A stretch of 64,000 nt of DNA, from positions 3,872,001 through 3,936,000 of the forward strand of contig CBDDFZ010000001.1 of NCBI GenBank assembly GCA_965227515.1, in the 5' to 3' direction. The DNA is from Alphaproteobacteria bacterium (GTDB lineage Bacteria; Pseudomonadota; Alphaproteobacteria; CALKHQ01). Positions within the stretch are counted from its first letter, which is position 1. Each line of letters starts with the position of its first letter. The position numbers and the translations under genes are program-made. This document shows, one piece after another, positions 57,068 to 64,000 of this stretch. The notes beneath the pieces are model-generated. The model worked only from the letters and a program-made list of their open reading frames with translations, was not told where the DNA came from and did not search any database.

Positions 57068-59440
57068 TCGGCTGCTTCCCGGCCGGGTGTATCGGCGGCA
57101 CGACGGCGCAGATTGTCGATGGTCGCCAGCACCACTTCCGGCGTCGCCGGCGCATCGAGCCGCGGGCACACCGCATGATCGGCGACGCTGGCGATGGCAT
57201 CCGACAGTGCATGCAGCACCGAGACCGCCAGCAGCACCGGCGGCTCGCCCACCGCCTTGGAGCGGTGGATCGTCGGCTCCTCGGCGCGCACGCCTTCCAT
57301 CAGCTTCAGGTTGAACACGGCAGGGCGGTCGCCGCAGGCCGGGATCTTGTAGGTGGAGGGCGCATGGGTGCGCAGCCGCCCATCATCGTCGAACCACAGC
57401 TCCTCGGTGGTCAGCCAGCCCATGCCCTGTATGAAGCCGCCCTCGACCTGGCCCATGTCGACCGCCGGGTTCAGCGACTTGCCGACATCGTGCAGGATGT
57501 CGACGCGGGTCACCTTGTACTCGCCGGTCAGGGTGTCGACCGCGACCTCGCTGACTGCGGCGCCATAGGCGAAATAGTAGAAGGGCCGGCCCGATGCCGT
57601 CTCGCGGTCGTAGTAGACGTGGGGCGTGGCATAGAAGCCGGATGCGGACAGCGGCACCCGCGCCATGTAGGCGGCATGGGCGAGCTCGGCGAAGGTCCAC
57701 GACTTGTCGCCGGCGGTGATCCGGTCCGGCACCCAGCGCACCGCCTGGGGTGCGACCTCGCCCGCCTCGGCGGCAAACGCCGTCATCCGGTCGCGGATCT
57801 GCTGGGCCGCGTCCAGGGCCGCCATGCCGTTCATGTCGCTGCCGGACGAGGCCGCGGTCGGCGACGTGTTCGGCACCTTGCCGGTGGTGGTGGCGGTGAT
57901 CTGCACCAGGTCGATGGCGACCTGGAACACGTCGGCCACCACCTGGGCGACCTTGATGTAGAGGCCCTGCCCCATCTCGGTGCCGCCGTGGTTCACCTGC
58001 ACGCTGCCGTCGGTATAGACCAGCACCAGGGCGCCGGCCTGGTTCAGGTGGGTGACGGTGAACGAGATGCCGAATTTCACCGGCACCAGGGCGAGGCCGT
58101 GCTTGATGATGGGGCTCGCCGCATTGGCCTCGCGGATCGCCGCCCTGCGGGCCTGGTAGTCCGATGTTTCCACCAACTCATCGACGACCCGGTCGACGAT
58201 ATTGTCGGTGATGGGCATGTGGTACTGGGTCACGTTGCGGTCGGTGGTGCCGTAGAAATTGGCCCGCCGCACTTCCAGCGGGTCCTTGCCGAGCGCGAAC
58301 GCGATCTCCTCGATCACCCGCTCGCCGATCACCATGCCCTGCGGCCCGCCGAAGCCCCGGAACGCAGTGTTGGACTGGGTGTGGGTCTTGCAGCGGTGCG
58401 ACACCACCCGCACGTCCGGCAGGTAGTAGCAATTGTCGATGTGGAACATCGCGCGGTCGTTGATGCCGAGCGACAGGTCGACCGAGCGGCCGCAGGCGCG
58501 ACGCCAGCATGTAGTCGGCGGCGGTGATGCGCCCGTCGTCGTCGTAGCCGACATCGTAGTCGCCGATGAAGTCGTGGCGCTTGCCGGTGATCATCATGTC
58601 GTCGTCGCGGTCCACCCGCATCTTCGCCGGCCGGCCGGTCACGTGGGCGGCCAGCGCCGCCGCCGCCGCGAACATGGTCGCCTGGGCCTCCTTGCCGCCG
58701 AAGCCACCGCCCATCCGCCGCACCTCGACGGTGATCGCCGCACTCGCCACGCCAAGCAGGTCGGCGGTCTTGTGCTGCACCTCGGTGGGGTGCTGGGTGG
58801 AGCTGTAGACGGTCATCTCCGGCCCCTCGCCGGGGATCGCCAGCGCCGCCTGGCCCTCAAGGTAGAAATGCTCCTGCCCGCCGACCGCCATCCGCCCCTT
58901 GATGCGATGCGGCGCGCGTTCCAGGGCGGCGGCCACATCGCCGCGCTTCATGGTGTGGGTCGGCAGCACGAACAGCTCGCGTTCCAGGGCGGCTTCCGCC
59001 GTCAGCACCGCCTCGCGCGGCGCATACGCGATCTTGCCGAGCCGGGCGGCGCGGCGCGCCTGCTGATAGGTCTCCGCCACCACGCCGAAGATCGGCTGGC
59101 CGACATATTCGACCACCTGGTCGGCGAACAGCGGGTCGTCGCCGAACACCGGGCTGACGTCGTTCTTGCCGGGAATGTCGCTCGGGGTCAGCACGGCGAT
59201 GACGCCGGGGGCCGCGCGCACCGCATCCAGGTCGATGGACGTGATCTCGGCGTGAGCGTGCTCGGAGGTGCCGAACTGCACGTGGACCAGACCCGGCGGC
59301 TCCAGCATGTCGTCGATATAAGCCGCGGTGCCGGTGACGTGCCGAGCAGCACTGTCGTGCGGAATCGGGTGGCGCACCACATGCAGGTCGCCGTCGGCCG
59401 CCGTTTCGGGCGTCACGTCTTGCCGCACGTCGTCAGCCAT
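57064..59440 (-). pseudogene. xdhB: Xanthine dehydrogenase molybdopterin subunit with a single-base frameshift
   Basis: Two overlapping ORFs (QEHFYLE, RMGGGFGGKE / AFRGFGGPQG, GQVEGG, SKAVGEPP); removing one G at 58495-58496 restores ...MLASRCGRSVDLS...; real mutation or sequencing error. Confidence 0.85.
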
Positions 59441-60929
59441 AGGCGACCTCTACCGCGTCGACCACTCGACCCGCGCCATCTGCGCCGGCGCTTTCGATGA
59501 ACGCCCGCAGCAACAGGTTCTGCGCCACCCGCGCCCGATAGGCCGCCGACGCACGCATGTCGCTGATCGGCGCGAAGTCGTCGGCCAGCGCCGCCATGCC
59601 GGCGTCCGCCGTTTCGCGGGTCCAGGGCTGGCCGGTGATCGCCGCCTCGCAGGCCGCCGCGCGCTTCGGCGTCGCCGCCATACCGCCGAACGCGATCCGC
59701 GCCGCGTCCACCACACCGTCGCGCACCGTCAGTCGGAACGCGCCGCACACGGCGGAGATGTCCTGGTCGAAGCGCTTGGAGATCTTGTACATGTGGAGCG
59801 CGGTGTCGGCAGGCAATTTTGGAATGACGATTTTCTCAACAAATTCAGATGCCTGTCGGTCCTGTTTACCATAGTCGATGAAGAAATCTTCCAGCTTCAG
59901 CTTGCGCCTGTCCTGGCCGCGCCGCAGCACCACGCTGGCATCGAGCGCGATCAGGCCGGGCGGGCCGTCGCCGATGGGCGACCCGTTGGCGACGTTGCCG
60001 CAGAGCGTGCCGGCATTGCGCACCTGCACCGACCCGTAGCGCCGCATGACCTCGCCGAAGTCCGGGAAGTTGGCGGCGATAACAGGCATCGCCCGGCTGA
60101 GCGACGCGGCGGCGCCGATCTCGATGGCGTCCCCGGTGTCGGTGACGAAATCCAGGTCGCTGACCCGGCCCAGGTAGATGACGGTGTCGAGCACCCGCAT
60201 CTGCTTGGTCACCCACAGCCCGACATCGGTGCCGCCGGCCAGGATGCGCGCGTCCGGGTGGTCGAGCAGCAAAGCGGCCAGGTCGTCAGCCGTTGCCGGC
60301 GCCAGGAACCGGCGGCCCTCGCCCTCGCACGCGACCGTCGCCGCGTCATCCTCGCCAAGTTGGTCGACGGCCGTGGCCTCCATCATCGCCAGATGCACGT
60401 CGTTGCCCGGACCGTCATTCATGACCTGGGCGGCGGCGATGATCGGCCCGTAGCCGGTGCACCGGCACAGGTTTCCGGCGAGCAGGTCCTTGGCCGCGCC
60501 GTCGTCCAGCGCCATGCCGGCGCGGTAGGCCGCATAGAGCGACATGACGAAGCCGGGCGTGCAGAAGCCGCACTGCGAGCCGTGGCAGTCGACCATCGCC
60601 TGCTGCACCGGATGCAACCGACCGGCAGGCGACGCCAGGTCCTCCACCGTCAGCAAATGGCAGCCATCCAGCGTCGGCACGAACTGGATGCAGGCATTGA
60701 CCGCCTTGTAGGCCATCTCGCCATCGGCCTGCGGGCGGCCGACGACCACCGTGCAGGCGCCGCAATCGCCCTCGGCACATCCTTCCTTGGTGCCGCAACG
60801 CCCGGCCGGGCCGCGCAGATATTCCAGCACCGTCATCGTCGGGTCGATGCCGTCCAGCTCCACCAGCCGGTCGCCCAAGACGAACCGTGCCGGGCGGGTG
60901 TCGATCGATGCTGCGGAAGGTCCGGGCAC
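59433..60929 (-). CDS. xdhA: Xanthine dehydrogenase small (2Fe-2S/FAD) subunit
   Basis: GTKEGCAEGDCGAC, QCGFCTPG, NLCRCTGY and YKISKRFDQDIS. Confidence 0.95.
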   Translation of the reverse strand: MPGPSAASIDTRPARFVLGDRLVELDGIDPTMTVLEYLRGPAGRCGTKEGCAEGDCGACTVVVGRPQADGEMAYKAVNACIQFVPTLDGCHLLTVEDLASPAGRLHPVQQAMVDCHGSQCGFCTPGFVMSLYAAYRAGMALDDGAAKDLLAGNLCRCTGYGPIIAAAQVMNDGPGNDVHLAMMEATAVDQLGEDDAATVACEGEGRRFLAPATADDLAALLLDHPDARILAGGTDVGLWVTKQMRVLDTVIYLGRVSDLDFVTDTGDAIEIGAAASLSRAMPVIAANFPDFGEVMRRYGSVQVRNAGTLCGNVANGSPIGDGPPGLIALDASVVLRRGQDRRKLKLEDFFIDYGKQDRQASEFVEKIVIPKLPADTALHMYKISKRFDQDISAVCGAFRLTVRDGVVDAARIAFGGMAATPKRAAACEAAITGQPWTRETADAGMAALADDFAPISDMRASAAYRARVAQNLLLRAFIESAGADGAGRVVDAVEVAYG

Positions 60930-60937
60930 GACGTGTC

Positions 60938-61291
60938 CTAGCTGCCGCGATAGGTGGTGTAGCCGTAAGGCGAGAGCAGCAGCGGCACGTGATAGTGCGC
61001 GCCCGCATCGGCGATGTGGAACCGCACCGGCACGTCGGACAGGAACTGCCCGGCGGCCGTGTCGACGCCCTGGGCGGCCAGGTAGGCGCCGGCCGCGAAC
61101 ACCAGCTCGTACTGCCCGATCTGCATCGCCTCTCCCTCCAGCAGCGGCTGGTCGGCGCGACCGTCGCTGTTGGTCACCACCTCGGCCACGGCCGTGCGCG
61201 TGTCGCCGTCCAGGCGATAGAGGCGGATATGCAAGCCCGATGCCGGATGCCCAGCCGCCGTATCCAGAACATGAGTGGTCAACCGGCCCAT
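60938..61291 (-). CDS. uraH: 5-hydroxyisourate hydrolase
   Basis: LTTHVLD, HYHVPLL and terminal YRGS. Confidence 0.95.
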   Translation of the reverse strand: MGRLTTHVLDTAAGHPASGLHIRLYRLDGDTRTAVAEVVTNSDGRADQPLLEGEAMQIGQYELVFAAGAYLAAQGVDTAAGQFLSDVPVRFHIADAGAHYHVPLLLSPYGYTTYRGS

Positions 61292-61476
61292 CGGCGGCTC
61301 CAGAAGGTTAATTGAGGAAGTTGATCACCGCCTTAGCCCCAAAGTCAATTGTTGCACCCGATTGCGCGCCTTTGCGGCCGTACGATTTCTGTTCCATTGC
61401 GCCCCGTGCATCGCGCTTCCATAATCCTGCCAGGGACCGGCCCGCGACGGCGGCATGCGAGGAATTGGACCAGAAC

Positions 61477-62412
61477 ATGAACGACGGCTATCCGCGCGAC
61501 CTGATTGGCTACGCCGACAACCCGCCGCAGGCCGACTGGCCGGGCGCTGCGCGCGTGGCGGTGCAATTCGTCCTCAATTACGAGGAGGGCGGCGAGAACA
61601 GCGTGCTGCACGGCGACCCCGCCGCCGAGGCGTTTCTGTCGGAGATTGTCGGCGCGGCACCGATCCACGGTATGCGCCACATCAACATGGAAACCATCTA
61701 CGAGTACGGCAGCCGCGTCGGCGTGTGGCGCATTCTGAAGCTGTTCCAGCGCAAGCAGGTGCCAATCACCGTCTTCGCCGTCGGCATGGCGGCGGAGCGC
61801 CACCCCGACGTGATCAAGGCGATGGTGGCCGACGGGCACGAAATCTGCAGCCATGGCTATCGCTGGATCGACTACCAGTACGTGCCGGAGCAGGTGGAGC
61901 GCGAGCACATCATGCGCGCCATCACCGCCATCCACAACGCCGCCGGCACGCCGCCGCTGGGCTGGTATACCGGCCGCACCAGCCCGAACACCCGCCGGCT
62001 GGTGGTGGAGCACGGCGGCTTCCTCTACGACGCCGACGCCTACAACGACGACCTGCCCTATTGGGTCACGGTTGGCGACACGCCGCACTTGGTGGTGCCC
62101 TATACTCTGGACGCCAACGACATGCGCTTCGCGACCCCGCAGGGGTTCAATTCCGGCGACCAGTTCTTTGCCTACCTGCGCGACAGTTTCGACGTGCTCT
62201 ATGCCGAGGGCGCTGAGACGCCTCGGATGATGTCGATCGGGCTGCATTGCCGCCTGGTCGGCCGGCCGGGCCGCATCGCGGCTCTGGAGCGCTTCATCGA
62301 CCACGTCCAGGGCCACGGCGATGTGTGGTTCTGCCGGCGGATCGACATTGCTAGGCATTGGCGCGAACGCCACCCCTACCCGCCACACGCCGCCGCATCG
62401 CCGGACGCATGA
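61477..62412 (+). CDS. puuE: Allantoinase PuuE (polysaccharide deacetylase fold)
   Basis: YPRDLIGY, NYEEGGE, YEYGSR, GWYTGR and GLHCR. Confidence 0.93.
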   Translation: MNDGYPRDLIGYADNPPQADWPGAARVAVQFVLNYEEGGENSVLHGDPAAEAFLSEIVGAAPIHGMRHINMETIYEYGSRVGVWRILKLFQRKQVPITVFAVGMAAERHPDVIKAMVADGHEICSHGYRWIDYQYVPEQVEREHIMRAITAIHNAAGTPPLGWYTGRTSPNTRRLVVEHGGFLYDADAYNDDLPYWVTVGDTPHLVVPYTLDANDMRFATPQGFNSGDQFFAYLRDSFDVLYAEGAETPRMMSIGLHCRLVGRPGRIAALERFIDHVQGHGDVWFCRRIDIARHWRERHPYPPHAAASPDA

Positions 62413-62912
62413 GCGCGGCGCCGACAGATCGCGCCGGCTTCGTTGCCCGCTTCGGCGGTGTGTTCGAGCATTCGCCGTGGATCGCCGAGACCGCGTTCGA
62501 CCGCTACGGCTTCGACCCCGACGAGACCGCCGCCGATGTGCATCGCCACATGGTGGCCGTGCTGGACGACGCCAAGGAGACCGCGCACCTGGCGCTGATC
62601 CGCGCCCATCCCGACCTTGCCGGCAAGCTGGCCCGCGCCGGCGAGCTGACCGAGGCGTCGCGCCGCGAACAGGCCGGCGCCGGCCTGGATGCCTGCTCCG
62701 ACGAGGAGTTCACCCGGCTTACCGCGCTGAACGACGCCTACAAGGAGCGTTTCGGCTTCCCCTTCATCCTGGCGGTGAAGGGGCGCACCCGTCACGACAT
62801 CATCGCGGCCTTCGAGCGGCGGCTGCACAACGACCGCGCCGCCGAGATCGCCACCGCCATCGCCGAGATCAAGAAGATCGCCCTTTTCCGCTTACAGGAC
62901 ATGCTGCCATGA
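62409..62912 (+). CDS. uraD: OHCU decarboxylase
   Basis: FEHSPW, AHPDL, EQAGAGL and FGFPFILAV. Confidence 0.93.
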   Translation: MSAAPTDRAGFVARFGGVFEHSPWIAETAFDRYGFDPDETAADVHRHMVAVLDDAKETAHLALIRAHPDLAGKLARAGELTEASRREQAGAGLDACSDEEFTRLTALNDAYKERFGFPFILAVKGRTRHDIIAAFERRLHNDRAAEIATAIAEIKKIALFRLQDMLP

Positions 62913-63928
62913 CCGCCCCAGACCAGGACAACGCCCCCGCCTTCACACGCCAATGGGCCAATGTCGCCGACGCCACCCTGGGGGCCTATGCCGTGGAAGC
63001 CACCGACGAGTTCTTCGGCGGCAAGGCCCGGCTGCTGAAACCGGAGGCGCCGATCTCCAAGATCGGCACGTTTGACGCCCATGGCCAGTGGATGGACGGC
63101 TGGGAGTCCCGCCGTCGCCGCGTGCCCGGCCACGACCACGTGGTGGTGCGCCTGGCCGCGCGCTGCCGCATCCACGGCTTCGACATCGACACTGCGTTCT
63201 TCACCGGCAATTACGCGCCGGCCGCATCCATCGAAGCCTGCCTCAGCGACAGCGAGCGGATCGAAGAAGGCGACTGGCGGCAGGTGATGCCGCACACGCC
63301 GCTTGGGCCGAACGCGCACCACTACATCGCCGTCGACGATCCGGAACTGGTCAGCCACATCCGCCTGCACATCTACCCCGATGGCGGCGTCGCGCGCTTG
63401 CGGGTCTATGGCGAGGTCGCGATCGACTGGTCGCGCCACGACCCCGACGAGATGATCGACCTCGCCGCGCTGATGAACGGCGGGCGCGCGGTCGCCTGGA
63501 ACGATTCCCACTACGGTACGCCGTCGAACATCCTCAAACCCGGCCGCGGGACCAACATGGCCGACGGGTGGGAGACCAGGCGCAGGCGCGAGCCGGGGTA
63601 CGACTGGACGATCATCGCGCTGGGCTCGCCCGGCGCGCCGCGGCGGCTGGAGATCGACACCACCCACTTCAAGGGCAACAACCCGGCGCGGTGTTCGGTG
63701 CAGGGCGCGATCAGCGACACCGACATCGAACAGGCGCTGGTGGCCGAAAGCCTGCACTGGCCCGACCTGCTGCCGGAACAGCCGATCCAGCCCAACGCCG
63801 CGCAGGTGTTCGAGGACGAGCTGCGCGATCTGGGGCCGATCAGCCATGTGCGGCTGAACATGATCCCGGACGGCGGCATCAGCCGGTTCAGGGTCCACGG
63901 CCACCGTGGCGAAGCATCGGAAGGTTGA
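62909..63928 (+). CDS. alc: Allantoicase
   Basis: Duplicated domains with DGWESRRRR / DGWETRRRR and PDGG motifs. Confidence 0.93.
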   Translation: MTAPDQDNAPAFTRQWANVADATLGAYAVEATDEFFGGKARLLKPEAPISKIGTFDAHGQWMDGWESRRRRVPGHDHVVVRLAARCRIHGFDIDTAFFTGNYAPAASIEACLSDSERIEEGDWRQVMPHTPLGPNAHHYIAVDDPELVSHIRLHIYPDGGVARLRVYGEVAIDWSRHDPDEMIDLAALMNGGRAVAWNDSHYGTPSNILKPGRGTNMADGWETRRRREPGYDWTIIALGSPGAPRRLEIDTTHFKGNNPARCSVQGAISDTDIEQALVAESLHWPDLLPEQPIQPNAAQVFEDELRDLGPISHVRLNMIPDGGISRFRVHGHRGEASEG

Positions 63929-63935
63929 GGGTGAA

Positions 63936-64000
63936 ATGAGCGCCAACCCTGCACAATCCGCCTTGTTGCGGATACAACCGTTGAGCCGCGATGCCTTCAG
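63936..64000 (+). CDS. Probable ureidoglycolate lyase, truncated by the window edge
   Basis: MSANPAQSALLRIQPLSRDAF resembles the AllA N-terminus and follows alc; only 21 codons are visible. Confidence 0.5.
   Translation, partial: MSANPAQSALLRIQPLSRDAF

Noticed and set aside
58480-58510. Programmed frameshift in xdhB
   Set aside because: No slippery heptamer or homopolymer at the site, and XdhB is not known to be recoded.

Overview
High-GC alphaproteobacterial chromosomal window (CtrA-type boxes, PuuD/PuuE purine genes, CGTC-tagged palindromes). In order: a GRDP/DUF1399-like gene with a PAS-LuxR regulator; GntR-AbrB-cupin; iolC; an AraC-linked cluster of Fe/2OG dioxygenase, sugar ABC transporter, RbsK, RbsD and a non-canonical PanB-like gene; an IS481 element and IS481 relics stacked at the 3' end of tRNA-Ser(GCT); speD-speE, nhaA, an Xre/RES toxin-antitoxin pair and hspQ; a coenzyme F420 gene set (cofG-cofH-cofD-cofC-cofE-npdG) co-oriented with an F420-dependent LLM oxidoreductase, a peptide-type ABC transporter and an acetamidase/formamidase; and a purine catabolism region (guaD, puuD, cysteine desulfurase, BMP ABC transporter, xdhABC with a frameshift in xdhB, uraH, puuE, uraD, alc, start of allA). 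The strongest unexplained signal is a family of CGTC-tagged hairpin repeats at nine loci between 25.8 and 56 kb. Their stems co-vary, and at one locus a perfect 31-bp inverted pair encloses a stand-alone GIY-YIG nuclease gene. I infer this may be an autonomous nuclease-carrying element with non-autonomous derivatives, one of which is read in-frame inside cofD. All calls come from reading the sequence and recognising motifs; no database searches were run, and several start codons are best guesses.
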